This document shows positions 18,709 through 28,498 of a DNA stretch of 64,000 bases, piece after piece. Each line of letters begins with the position of its first letter. The stretch's first letter is position 1. The notes under the pieces were generated by a model. The model did no database searches. It was not told the origin of the DNA and saw only the letters and a list, made by a program, of their open reading frames with translations. A program made the translations under genes and the position numbers. The stretch covers positions 6,101-70,100 of the forward strand of contig CANPTT010000005.1 of the NCBI GenBank assembly GCA_947577065.1. Direction: 5' to 3'. This stretch comes from an uncultured Pseudoflavonifractor sp. (GTDB lineage Bacteria; Bacillota; Clostridia; Oscillospirales; Oscillospiraceae).

Positions 18709-19797
18709 TCACTTCACATTCACCGTGCGCTGGAAGGTGTCGATCCACTCGGCCTTGGCGTTGGTGATGAACCCCTCGTCAAACTCCTTCAGGGCGCCGA
18801 TGGCCTCCTCACCGAAGGCCAGATAGGTCTTCAGCTCCTCGGGCATGGTGGCGTTCTTGCTCACAGGGGCCTCGTTCATGGCCTCGGCGATCTTGCTCTG
18901 AGTCTCGTCAGAGACCAGGTACTCCACAAACAGCTGGGCCAGCTCCGGGTTCTTGCAGCCCTTCACCACGTTGACGGTGGCAGGGGCGGCGAAGGAGCCC
19001 TCAGCGGCGTCGGCCCATACCATGTCCAGCCCGCTGTCAATGAGGCCGGGCATGTTGATGTCCATAAACACGGTGATGCAGGCCTCCCCGGTGGTAAAGG
19101 CGTTGACCACGTCGGAGGAGGCGCTGTACCACAGGTCGATGTTGTCCTTCTTCTCCTGCATGAGAGCCATGGCGGCGCTCACGTCCTCCTGGCTGCCCCC
19201 CATGGCCTCGGCCATAGCCACCAGGATATAGGGACCGGCGGTGGAGGTCATGTCCGGCAGAGCCACCATGCCGGCGTACTTGTCGTCAAACAGGTCCTGG
19301 TAGGAGGTGGGGGCGGGGACCCCGGCCCTCTCCAGGGCGGCGGCGTCATACATGATCCCGTAGCGGCACACGGAGTAGCAGGGTCCATATCCGTTCTTGT
19401 CCTGGGCGAAGTCGTAGAGGTTCCCAAGGCTTGTGACCACGCCGGTGTCCACCTTCTCAAAGAGGTCGGCCTGGATCCCCACCTCGGCAAAGCTCTTGGT
19501 GAGCAGGGCCACGTCGGCGGTGGGGTCGTTCTTCTCGGCCATCAGCTTGTTGAGCCGGTCCCCGTTGCCGCTGGTGGGATCCACCACGATGGTGCAGTTG
19601 TAGGCGCTCTCAAAGTCGGCGGCCAGGGCCTTCAGCCCGGCCTCGGCCCAACCCCAGGTAGCCACCACCAGCTCCGCGCCGCCAAAGTCCTTGCCGTCGC
19701 CGTCGGCGGTGGGGGTCTCAGCGGGCTTGCCGCCGCAGGCGGCCAGGGACAGGGTCATCGCGGTGGATAGGACCAGAGCCAGCATCTTCTTTTTCAT
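18709..19797 (-). CDS. ABC substrate-binding lipoprotein (PotD/AfuA-like)
   Basis: Lipobox LAAC, LVVATWG, PEG-like AAEG, NPELAQLFVEY. Confidence 0.85.
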   Translation of the reverse strand: MKKKMLALVLSTAMTLSLAACGGKPAETPTADGDGKDFGGAELVVATWGWAEAGLKALAADFESAYNCTIVVDPTSGNGDRLNKLMAEKNDPTADVALLTKSFAEVGIQADLFEKVDTGVVTSLGNLYDFAQDKNGYGPCYSVCRYGIMYDAAALERAGVPAPTSYQDLFDDKYAGMVALPDMTSTAGPYILVAMAEAMGGSQEDVSAAMALMQEKKDNIDLWYSASSDVVNAFTTGEACITVFMDINMPGLIDSGLDMVWADAAEGSFAAPATVNVVKGCKNPELAQLFVEYLVSDETQSKIAEAMNEAPVSKNATMPEELKTYLAFGEEAIGALKEFDEGFITNAKAEWIDTFQRTVNVK

Positions 19798-19822
19798 GTT
19801 CATTCTCCTCATCCGTTTTATT

Positions 19823-20887
19823 TTATGCCTTATATACACAGATCTTTCGGTAGGGGAAATGTACCAGCACCTCATCCCCCACCCCGGATCCGGGGATTTC
19901 TCCCAGGGCCGGGAACACCGGCTCGTCAAAGCATCCCGAGACCTCCAGCCGGGTGGTGTGTCCCTTGTAGGTCATACTCTCGATCCGGCCCGGGAACGCG
20001 TTCTCCCACCGGGCCTCCACCAGGGTCATACTCTCTGAGCGAAGGGCCAGCAGGCAGCTCTCCCCCTCGTCCAGGTCCTCCGCCTCCTCCTGGGCCACCC
20101 AAAGAGTCTTCTCCCCACAGAGGATGGGCCGCTTCCCTCCCCGGGGCGCTCCCCCCGCCTTGCCGTGGAGGAAGGTGGAAAAGCCCATAAAGTCCGCCAC
20201 AAAGGGGCTGGCGGGATGGTCAAAGATCTCCTGGGGGGTGCCGATCTGCTGGATCCGCCCCTGGTTCATGACAATGACCCGGTCGGCCAGGGACACCGCC
20301 TCCTCATGGTCGTGGGTGACGATGATGGTGGTGATCCCCAGCTCCCTCTGGATCCGCTTGATCTCCACCTGCATCTCCACCCGGAGCTTGGCGTCCAGGT
20401 TAGAGAGAGGCTCGTCCAGCAGCAGGATGGAGGGCCTTGTCACCAACGCCCGGGCCAGGGCCACCCGCTGCTGCTGGCCTCCCGACAGCTCCCGGGGATA
20501 CCGGCCGTCCAGCCCGGTGAGCTTCACCAGGGACAGGATCTCCCCCACCCGGCGGGCCGTCTCCTCCTTGGAGCACTTCTGGAGCTTCAGTCCAAAGGCC
20601 ACGTTCTCAAAAACGGTCATATGGGGAAACAGGGCATAATTCTGAAAGAAGATGCCGATATTCCGCTTGTAGGGAGGGATCTTTCCCACGTCCTCCCCAT
20701 CCACCAGAATGGTGCCTCCGGTGGGCTCGGTAAACCCGGCGATCATCCGCAGGGTGGTGGTCTTGCCGCAGCCGCTGCCGCCCAACAGGGCGATCATCTC
20801 CCCCTGGGCCACCTGCAGGTCCATCCCATCCACAGCGGTAAAATCCCCGAAGCGTTTGACCAGGCCTTTCAGTTCCAACGTCGCCAT
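19823..20887 (-). CDS. ABC ATPase (PotA-like)
   Basis: GGSGCGKTT, FQNYALFPH, LSGGQQQR, DEPLSNLD. Confidence 0.92.
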   Translation of the reverse strand: MATLELKGLVKRFGDFTAVDGMDLQVAQGEMIALLGGSGCGKTTTLRMIAGFTEPTGGTILVDGEDVGKIPPYKRNIGIFFQNYALFPHMTVFENVAFGLKLQKCSKEETARRVGEILSLVKLTGLDGRYPRELSGGQQQRVALARALVTRPSILLLDEPLSNLDAKLRVEMQVEIKRIQRELGITTIIVTHDHEEAVSLADRVIVMNQGRIQQIGTPQEIFDHPASPFVADFMGFSTFLHGKAGGAPRGGKRPILCGEKTLWVAQEEAEDLDEGESCLLALRSESMTLVEARWENAFPGRIESMTYKGHTTRLEVSGCFDEPVFPALGEIPGSGVGDEVLVHFPYRKICVYKA

Positions 20888-20899
20888 ACCGTTGCCTCC

Positions 20900-21694
20900 T
20901 TACTTTACAAACATATCCAGCCCCACCAGCTTCTCCATCAGCACAATGAGGACCAGGGAAGCCAGAATGAGCAGGGTGGAGATGGCCGCCAAAGTGGGGT
21001 CGAAGGTCAGCTCCATATAATTCATGATCCGGATGGGCAGTGTCACAAACTTGGGGGTGGAGAGAAGACTGCTCAACGCCACCTCGTCAAAGGAGTAGAG
21101 GAAGGCCAGCAGAGCCCCCGCCAGCACCCCGGGCTTTGCCAGGGGCAGGGTGATCTTGAAAAATACCTGGGCCGGGGCAGCCCCCAGGGAGGTGGCCGCG
21201 TCCTCCAACGTCCAGTCAAACACGTGGAGCACCGATACGGTGTTCCGGACGATATAGGGCAGGATGATCACCAGATGGCCGATGAGGAGCCGCGCCATCC
21301 CCGGGATCCCCCCGATCTGGCTGTATACCTGGAGAAGCACAAAGGCAAAGGCCACGCTGGGCACATACATGGGGGAGGTAAAGTAATTCAGCAGGGCGTT
21401 CTTCCCCTTGAAATCATACCGGCACACCGCCAGAGCGGCAAAGACCCCCAGAAACACATCCACCCCCGTGGCGATAAGCCCCAGCTTCAGGCTGTTGACC
21501 AATCCATTTATAAAGTGGGTGGAGGCGTGAAAGATATTGGCGTACCACTTCAGAGAAAACCCCTTGGGGGGAAAGGTGATCAGGGCCGTGGGGGTAAAGG
21601 AGGCGATAACGATGACCACCAGGGGGGCCAGCAAAAAGACCATCACCAGCCCCGCCAAAACCCGGCAGGCCCAGTTGACCCGTCTGTCATCCAT
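20900..21694 (-). CDS. ABC permease (PotC-like)
   Basis: FPPKGFSLKWY, LEDAA.SLGA loop, SFDE, TLPIRI. Confidence 0.9.
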   Translation of the reverse strand: MDDRRVNWACRVLAGLVMVFLLAPLVVIVIASFTPTALITFPPKGFSLKWYANIFHASTHFINGLVNSLKLGLIATGVDVFLGVFAALAVCRYDFKGKNALLNYFTSPMYVPSVAFAFVLLQVYSQIGGIPGMARLLIGHLVIILPYIVRNTVSVLHVFDWTLEDAATSLGAAPAQVFFKITLPLAKPGVLAGALLAFLYSFDEVALSSLLSTPKFVTLPIRIMNYMELTFDPTLAAISTLLILASLVLIVLMEKLVGLDMFVK

Positions 21695-22523
21695 TCTTTC
21701 CGCCTCCCATCCGCTTCATATAGCCCGAGGTCAACAGCACGATGACCACCTGGACCGCCAATATCACCGCCAGCAGGATATAGCTCACGGCGGAGGCGGC
21801 GCTCCAATCAAAGTTCACGTTGATCTCCTGCACCACCATGGTGGCCATCATCCGGAACTTGGAGCCCCCCAGCAGCTTGGGGGTCACGTAGGAGGTCATG
21901 CTCATGGTGAACACCAACACGCACCCGGACAGGATCCCCGGCAGGCTCAGGGGAAAGACCACCTTGGCAAAGGTCTGGGCCGGGGTGGCCCCCAGGCTGT
22001 AGGCCGCGTACTCCACATTGGGATCGATGCTTTGCAGCACTCCCACCAGGGAGAGGACCATATAGGGGATCAGCAGATGGATCATGCCGATGATAACCGC
22101 CGCCTCCGTATTCAGGATCTTCAACGGCCGGGAGATCAGTCCCAGCGCCAAAAGCAGCTGGTTGAGAAGCCCATTGGTCCCCAAAATGACCATCCAGCCA
22201 TAGGAGCGGACCACCGCGCTGACCAGAAAGGGAAAGAGGATAATGACCATCATCACCTTTTTCATGCGGGAGCGGGTCCGGGCCATAAAGTAGGCCACCG
22301 GATACCCCAGCAGTAGGGAAATGCCCGTGGACAGCAACGATACCCGCAGGGTGGTCCAGAGAATATCCAAATAGAACGGGTCGGTGAAAAAGGCGGTAAA
22401 GTCAGATGTCCCATTGGTAAACAGGGTCCGGAGCAAAATATAGGCCATGGGCACCAGGAAAAATACAAAAAGCGCCAGGGCCGTGGGGAATGCCAGCAAA
22501 AGGGCCTGTCGTCTGCGCTCCAT
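21687..22523 (-). CDS. ABC permease (PotB-like)
   Basis: GYPVAY, VVRSYGW, G..N, EYAAYSLGA, P.LLGG. Confidence 0.9.
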   Translation of the reverse strand: MERRRQALLLAFPTALALFVFFLVPMAYILLRTLFTNGTSDFTAFFTDPFYLDILWTTLRVSLLSTGISLLLGYPVAYFMARTRSRMKKVMMVIILFPFLVSAVVRSYGWMVILGTNGLLNQLLLALGLISRPLKILNTEAAVIIGMIHLLIPYMVLSLVGVLQSIDPNVEYAAYSLGATPAQTFAKVVFPLSLPGILSGCVLVFTMSMTSYVTPKLLGGSKFRMMATMVVQEINVNFDWSAASAVSYILLAVILAVQVVIVLLTSGYMKRMGGGKNG

Positions 22524-22813
22524 TTATGTCCTCTCCTCCCTGGCCTTGCCGCCCCAAAAATATCCGCTAGAAACAAGACGCCCTCCATCGCGCCGGGATA
22601 TCCGGGCACAATGGGGGGACTGATAAAAGCTCTGGTTATTCTGATGCTGTATAAGGGTATCCTTAGGGTGCAGTCCTAGTGTACGATCCTTCCACACGGT
22701 TTGAACCACGGCGGTCGCCATAAGGACTCCCTCCCTCCATCCCGCCCCCGCTATTGGGGGCACATATGGGATCTCTTGCCTTAAAGCATATCTTTTCACA
22801 GGAAAATTGTCAA
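22524..22813 (-). promoter_or_regulatory. Sigma-A promoter plus long structured leader (candidate riboswitch/attenuator)
   Basis: TTGACA-N17-TATGCT on the minus strand, several hairpins, terminator-like stem 22581-22618. Confidence 0.55.
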
Positions 22814-22913
22814 TACTCCTTGAAATAAAAGGGCTTTTTGTATATGATAGGGAGGTCCGACCGCAATTTACCTGTGAAATTTCACCATTTTTATCCGATA
22901 GGGAGCGGGGCAT

Positions 22914-24239
22914 ATGACAAAGGAAGAGCTCAAGCAGCGCTGTATTCAAAATATTGACGCCCGCAGGGAGGAGATCATCTCCCTGGGAGAGGATATCTTT
23001 GCCCACCCGGAGCTGGGCTTTAAGGAGGAACGGACCTCCGCCCTGGTGCGGAAGACCCTGGATTCCCTGGGGATCCCCCACCAGGACGCTCTTGCCATTA
23101 CTGGGGTAAAGGGAAACCTGAAGGGCGGCCAGGCCGGCCCCCGTGTGATGATCATGGGGGAACTGGACGCGGTCATCTGTCCCCTTCACCCCCAAGCCGA
23201 CATGTCTACCGGAGCCGCCCACTCCTGCGGCCACAACTCCCAGATCGCCTCCATGCTGGGGGCGGCCATGGGTCTGGCCCCCCTGGCCGCCGAACTGGAC
23301 GGGGACGTGGTCTTCGCCGCCGTCCCCGCCGAGGAATATGTGGAGCTGGAGTACCGGGAGCGCCTGCGCCAGGAGGGAAAGATACACTTCATCGGCGGCA
23401 AACAGGAATATATTCGCCTGGGCGTGCTGGATGATGTGGACATGGGGATGATGATCCACTCCCACGCCGGGGTAGGAGACCGGCATTTTCTCATTGGCTG
23501 CGACAGCTCCGGCTTTGTGGGCAAGCTCATCCGCTTTACCGGAAAGGAGGCCCATGCCGGCGCCCGGCCCTTTGACGGCATCAATGCCCTCAACGCCGCC
23601 TGCCTGTCCCTTTTGGCGGTCAACTCCCAGCGGGAGACCTTCCGGGAAAAGGACCGGATCCGTATCCACCCCATCATGACCAAGGGCGGCGACCTGGTGA
23701 ACATCGTCCCCGCCGATGTGCGCCTGGAGACCTATGTCCGGGGCACCAATCTGGAGGGGATCCTGGACGCCTCCGAAAAGGTAAACCGCTGCCTCCAGGG
23801 CTGCGCCTACGCCATCGGGGCCAGTGTGGATATCCGGGAACTGCCCGGATATCTGCCCCTCATCCAGGATCCCCGGCTCTCCGAACTTTTCGCCCTAAAC
23901 GGGGAGGCCCTTTTGGGCCAAGGCAGCAGCATCTACGGTCAGGAGCTGATGGGGGCCACCGACGCCGGAGATATCAGCAGCATCATGCCCTTTATCCACA
24001 TGTCCACCGGCGGTTACCTGGGGGACGCCCATAGCAAGGATTTTACCATCTGTGATAAGGAAATGGCCTACGTCATGCCCGCCAAGGCCATGGCCCTGAC
24101 GGTCATCGACCTTCTTTGGGACCACGCTGCCGAGGCCCGGCAGATCAAGGAGCGCTTTTCCCCCAAGTTTGACCGGGAGGGATACCTGCGCTTTTGGGAG
24201 CAGTTTGAGTCCGGGAAGGTGGACCGAAGCTGTTTTTAA
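22914..24239 (+). CDS. M20 family amidohydrolase
   Basis: HPELGFKE, GELDA, HSCGH, PAEE, GKEAHA, TDAG. Confidence 0.9.
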   Translation: MTKEELKQRCIQNIDARREEIISLGEDIFAHPELGFKEERTSALVRKTLDSLGIPHQDALAITGVKGNLKGGQAGPRVMIMGELDAVICPLHPQADMSTGAAHSCGHNSQIASMLGAAMGLAPLAAELDGDVVFAAVPAEEYVELEYRERLRQEGKIHFIGGKQEYIRLGVLDDVDMGMMIHSHAGVGDRHFLIGCDSSGFVGKLIRFTGKEAHAGARPFDGINALNAACLSLLAVNSQRETFREKDRIRIHPIMTKGGDLVNIVPADVRLETYVRGTNLEGILDASEKVNRCLQGCAYAIGASVDIRELPGYLPLIQDPRLSELFALNGEALLGQGSSIYGQELMGATDAGDISSIMPFIHMSTGGYLGDAHSKDFTICDKEMAYVMPAKAMALTVIDLLWDHAAEARQIKERFSPKFDREGYLRFWEQFESGKVDRSCF

Positions 24240-24317
24240 GCCTTGGGACAAGACGGGGACGGGACCGCTGCGCGGCCCCGTCCCCGTCTCCTTTTTCGCC
24301 CGGCCCCAACGCCCACG

Positions 24318-24497
24318 TCAGGCCCGCTCTCCCCGCTCCGTCAGGATCTCCTCCATGGCTTGGCGGTGGCGGCCCATCACCGCCGTCATCCAGCGGCGCA
24401 GCGTCTCGTCATTATAAATTCTGTACCTCCGTTTCAGCTCCCGCAATTCCTGCACCTGGGCCAGGGGGGTCTCCCGGCCGGGCTCTGCGCTTTCCAT
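24318..24497 (-). CDS. Small hypothetical protein, 59 aa (MESAEPGRETPL...EILTERGERA)
   Basis: Absent from the ORF track; ATG with AGAGG upstream, GC3-rich codons, shares a terminator hairpin near 24250-24295. Confidence 0.55.
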   Translation of the reverse strand: MESAEPGRETPLAQVQELRELKRRYRIYNDETLRRWMTAVMGRHRQAMEEILTERGERA

Positions 24498-24618
24498 GGC
24501 TCCGCCTCTTTGCTTTTGTATTTTTATATGTATTCATATATAGAATATTAATATCTAATTTGAAGTGTAACATATATTTATAAAATCTGTCAACATACAA
24601 TTTTGATGAGGTGAAGGT

Positions 24619-24813
24619 ATGAGCGACAGAATTACCATTAAAAAGCGTTCTCCCCTGCGGGGAGAGGACGGAAACAAGGTCATCTCTATCCGCATCAAGG
24701 AGGAGCTTCTGGGACAGATCGACACCCTGGCCCAGCAGAGCAACCGCTCCCGGAACGAGGTCATCAACCTGCTCCTGCGGGAGGCTGTGGAGCAGGCCGA
24801 GGTGGAGGAGTAA
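24619..24813 (+). CDS. Ribbon-helix-helix (CopG family) DNA-binding protein
   Basis: VISIRI strand, then helices LLGQIDTLA and SRNEVINLLL; RBS GAGGTG. Confidence 0.85.
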   Translation: MSDRITIKKRSPLRGEDGNKVISIRIKEELLGQIDTLAQQSNRSRNEVINLLLREAVEQAEVEE

Positions 24814-24893
24814 GGCCCCGGTCAGAGCTTGCCTTTTTTCCCCGCTCATGGTACAATTCCCCCATGCGTTTTGAGGGGGGGGGAGGACGAAGC

Positions 24894-25391
24894 ATGAATG
24901 TCACGCTTATCGGGATGCCCGGGTCAGGAAAGTCCTCGGTGGGACGCATCCTGGCCCAGCGGCTGGGCTGCGCCTTTTTGGATGTGGATCCTCTCATTGC
25001 GGCGGCCCACGCCGCCTCCTCCCTTCAGCAGGTCCTGGACTCCTTGGGAAACGAGGGATTTTTGGATGCGGAGGCGGAGGTCATCGCCTCTCTCCACTGC
25101 AAAAACACCGTCATCGCCCCCGGGGGGTCCGCCGTGCTGCGGGAAAAGGGGGCCCTGCATCTCAAGGACTTGGGCCCGGTGGTCTATCTGAAGCTGCCCT
25201 GCCAGGTGCTGGAAAAGCGGCTTTGGAACCTTTCCAGCCGGGGCGTTCCTCTTGCTCCCGGCCAGACGCTTCAGGAGCTCTACGCTTTGCGGGTCCCCCT
25301 TTATGAAAAATACGCCGACGTGACGGTAAACGCCGACCGCCCCAAGGCGGCCGATACGGCGCGGAAAATCATTCAGGTCCTGGAGTTGTAA
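24894..25391 (+). CDS. aroK: Shikimate kinase
   Basis: LIGMPGSGKS, D.D, F...E, PGGS, LY..R.PLY. Confidence 0.9.
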   Translation: MNVTLIGMPGSGKSSVGRILAQRLGCAFLDVDPLIAAAHAASSLQQVLDSLGNEGFLDAEAEVIASLHCKNTVIAPGGSAVLREKGALHLKDLGPVVYLKLPCQVLEKRLWNLSSRGVPLAPGQTLQELYALRVPLYEKYADVTVNADRPKAADTARKIIQVLEL

Positions 25392-25581
25392 TTTTTCCCC
25401 ATCTGTGATATACTGAACTATACTTGATAGTCTTCACGGTGTGACCGTGTATTAGCCGCCGCCAGCGGAAGGCGGGGGCCGGCTTTGCCGCTATATGTTC
25501 CGCTTTCCCACTCCGGGACGCGTCTTGAGACGCGCCCCTGTTTTGCCGTGGGTGGGACATTCGACAAAAAGGAACGTTTTT

Positions 25582-27507
25582 ATGACCTTTCAAGACCTGG
25601 GGCTCTGCCCCCCCATTCTCTCCGCCCTAAAAAAGCTGGGCTATGAAAAGCCCTCCCCCATCCAGGAAAAGGCCATCCCCCCCGCCCTGGCGGGGCGGGA
25701 TGTGCTGGGCTGTGCCCAGACCGGCACAGGCAAGACCTGCGCCTTTGCCACCCCCATTTTGCAGCAGCTCAATCAGCGAAAGGCCGAACCTTTTCGGGGG
25801 GCCCGCCCTATCCGCGCCCTCATCTTGACCCCTACCCGGGAGCTGGCTCTCCAGATCCAGGAGAGCTTTGAAGCCTATGGGAAAAACCTGCCCCTGCGCT
25901 CGGCCGTTATCTTCGGCGGAGTGGGACAGCAGCCCCAGGTGGACAAATTAAAGGCCGGGGTGGACATCCTTGTCGCCACGCCGGGTCGGCTGGAGGACCT
26001 GCATAACCAGGGCTTTGTCCATGTGGAGCGGCTGGAGATCTTTGTGCTGGACGAGGCCGACCGGATGCTGGACATGGGCTTTATCCACGATGTAAAGAAG
26101 ATCCTCACCTGGCTTCCCTCCAAAAAGCAGACCCTCTTTTTCTCCGCCACCATGCCCCCGGAGGTCCAGGGACTGGTGGATTCCCTGCTGACCGATCCGG
26201 TAAAGGTGGCGGTGGACCCGGTCTCCTCCCCGGTAGAGGTCATTGACCAGCGGCTTTTCTATGTGGACCGGGGAAACAAGTCCAAGCTGCTGGCCATGCT
26301 GGTCAAGCATCCGGATGTAAAAAACGCCCTTATCTTTACCCGCACCAAGCACGGGGCCAACAAGGTGGCGGGAGACCTTCAAAAGGCGGGCATCCCCTCG
26401 GCCGCCATTCACGGCAACAAAAGCCAGACCGCCCGTCAGCAGGCGCTCAGTGATTTCAAGACCGGACGGATCAAAGCCCTGGTCGCCACCGACATCGCCG
26501 CCCGGGGCATTGACATTGAGGAGCTGAGCCACGTCTTTAACTACAACCTTCCCGACGTGCCCGAAACCTATGTCCACCGCATCGGTCGGACCGGCCGGGC
26601 GGGCCACGGCGGCACGGCGGTGTCCTTTTGTGAATTTGGAGAGAAGGAGCTTTTGGCCCCCATTGAAAAGCTGCTGAAAAAGCCCATCCCCGTGGTGGAG
26701 GGCCACCCCTTCCCCATGCAGAATTTTGAGGCCCCTAAGCGGGACAAGCACGGCAAGCTCGTCAACGCCGATGACCAGGAGGCCCGTCAGGCCGCCCGGG
26801 AGCGGAAAAAGCAGCGCTCCGTCGCCAAGCCTCCCGCCCCGCCCCCAGAGTGGGAGGCCACAGGCCGCCGCGCCTCTCCCCGCTCCCCCTCCACAGGGAC
26901 GGCGCCCGCCGCCCGTCCCACCGCCCCCGTCAAAAAGCAGGCGGGCTACCGCCCCAGCAAGACTCTGGACCAGGCCCTCTCCGCCATGGCCCCCAAGCCC
27001 GCCACCCCAGCCCACCGCCCCCAAAAGGAAAGGAAGCCCCAGCGGGACCCCGCCTACGAAGCCTGGCTTGCCGAGGAGCGGGCCATCCAGGCCCAGCGGT
27101 TTAAAAACGACTCTGCGGGGGAAGTCATTATGGACGCCACCGCCCGGCTGTTGGCCCCCAGGGAGGAGCGACCCTCCGGGGGACACGACGCCCCGGCGCG
27201 CCGCCCCGCCCGAACCCCCAAGCCGGCCAAGCCCACCGCCAAACAGCCGGCGGGCACAAGGTCTCTTTCCCGGCCGCAGAGACCGGCGGCCAAGAAAGTC
27301 ACCGCTCCGGAAAATCCGGCGGCCAAGCCCGCTCCCCAGGAGCGGCGTGCCTCCCCCGCAAAGCCTTCTCCGGAGAAAGGAAAGCGCCGCGGCGACCGCC
27401 GCCGGGGCCCCCTGGAGCCCACCCTTCGGCTGGGCAGCCAAAAGGACTCCACCGAGCAGTCCGGAAGCCTTATGCGGCCCTACTACTTCAACCCTGACGA
27501 GGACTAA
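25582..27507 (+). CDS. DEAD-box RNA helicase (RhlE-like) with long basic low-complexity tail
   Basis: Q motif, [34 protein letters not shown]. Confidence 0.95.
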   Translation: MTFQDLGLCPPILSALKKLGYEKPSPIQEKAIPPALAGRDVLGCAQTGTGKTCAFATPILQQLNQRKAEPFRGARPIRALILTPTRELALQIQESFEAYGKNLPLRSAVIFGGVGQQPQVDKLKAGVDILVATPGRLEDLHNQGFVHVERLEIFVLDEADRMLDMGFIHDVKKILTWLPSKKQTLFFSATMPPEVQGLVDSLLTDPVKVAVDPVSSPVEVIDQRLFYVDRGNKSKLLAMLVKHPDVKNALIFTRTKHGANKVAGDLQKAGIPSAAIHGNKSQTARQQALSDFKTGRIKALVATDIAARGIDIEELSHVFNYNLPDVPETYVHRIGRTGRAGHGGTAVSFCEFGEKELLAPIEKLLKKPIPVVEGHPFPMQNFEAPKRDKHGKLVNADDQEARQAARERKKQRSVAKPPAPPPEWEATGRRASPRSPSTGTAPAARPTAPVKKQAGYRPSKTLDQALSAMAPKPATPAHRPQKERKPQRDPAYEAWLAEERAIQAQRFKNDSAGEVIMDATARLLAPREERPSGGHDAPARRPARTPKPAKPTAKQPAGTRSLSRPQRPAAKKVTAPENPAAKPAPQERRASPAKPSPEKGKRRGDRRRGPLEPTLRLGSQKDSTEQSGSLMRPYYFNPDED

Positions 27508-27508
27508 C

Positions 27509-27550
27509 AAAAAAGGGAGCGTGATACCGGCGGTATCACGCTCCCTTTTT
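27509..27550. terminator. Bidirectional terminator
   Basis: AAAAAGGGAGCGTGATACC-GGC-GGTATCACGCTCCCTTTTT. Confidence 0.85.
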
Positions 27551-27568
27551 CTGTCTGCAGCAGCCCTT

Positions 27569-28372
27569 TTACGGCCGCAGTCCCATACCGCCCTCCAGGG
27601 TGAGGGTCTCGCCGGTGAGATATTTAAAGTCCGGGTTGGTAAGCTGGACACAGACCCGACCGATCTCGGTCTCGGGATCGCCGTAGTGGCCCATGGGGGG
27701 CATCTTCACATTGGCCTTAAAGGCGTCCGGATAGGCGTTCTGGAAGTTCTCCAGCTGGGCGGTCCAGGCAATGGGGCAGATAACGTTCACATTGATGCCG
27801 TCGGGGCCCCACTCGGTGGCGGCCACCCGGCTCAGCCCCCGGATGCCCTCCTTGGCGGCGGCGTAGGCGCACTGGCCGTAGTTGCCAAACAGACCCGCGC
27901 CGGAGGCAAAGTTAATGACGGAGCCCTTGGTCTCCTTCAGATAGGGATAGCATGCCTGCATATAGTAGAAAGCGGCGTACAGACCGGAGTAGAGGGCCAG
28001 GTCAAACTGCTCGGTGGAGTGGTCGGCCAGGGTCACGCCGGAGGCGGAGGCCTGGGCGTTGTTGATCAGGGCGTCAATGCGGCCAAAGGTCTTCATGGTC
28101 TCGTCCACCACATGCTGGACGGTGGCCTTATTGTCCGTGCCGGCGGCCACATCGGCCTGGACGGTAAGGATCTTCACCCCATAGAGCCGCTCCAGCTCCT
28201 CCTTGGCGTCCTCCAGCTTTTTCCCGTTCCGGCCGGTGATGACAATGTTAGCCCCCTCCTTGGCAAAGGCGGTGGCAATGCCGTATCCGATGGAGCCACA
28301 GCTTTTGCCGTCGCTGAGGACAGCCCGGCCCGCACCGGTGATAATAACGGTCTTCCCTGTCAAAAATCCCAT
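27569..28372 (-). CDS. SDR oxidoreductase, probable bile-acid 12alpha-hydroxysteroid dehydrogenase
   Basis: SIGYGIA, NNAQASASG, YAAAK, LEGGMG.RP end; resembles clostridial 12alpha-HSDH as I recall it. Confidence 0.8.
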   Translation of the reverse strand: MGFLTGKTVIITGAGRAVLSDGKSCGSIGYGIATAFAKEGANIVITGRNGKKLEDAKEELERLYGVKILTVQADVAAGTDNKATVQHVVDETMKTFGRIDALINNAQASASGVTLADHSTEQFDLALYSGLYAAFYYMQACYPYLKETKGSVINFASGAGLFGNYGQCAYAAAKEGIRGLSRVAATEWGPDGINVNVICPIAWTAQLENFQNAYPDAFKANVKMPPMGHYGDPETEIGRVCVQLTNPDFKYLTGETLTLEGGMGLRP

Positions 28373-28498
28373 TTATATGACCTCCCTAAAAATATTGGCC
28401 CCACAGGGTCCCGGAATCTTTTTTTATCATATCATACCCGGCTGGAATACGCAATACAGCGTTTGATATTTATTTAACGGGCCCTACCCCCCATCGGT

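Noticed and set aside
24619-25391. RHH gene as antitoxin of a toxin-antitoxin pair
   Set aside because: The downstream gene is shikimate kinase and no toxin motif is adjacent
26726-28477. 583-aa Pro/Arg-rich plus-strand ORF
   Set aside because: Alternate frame of the helicase tail that runs through a terminator into the antisense of the SDR
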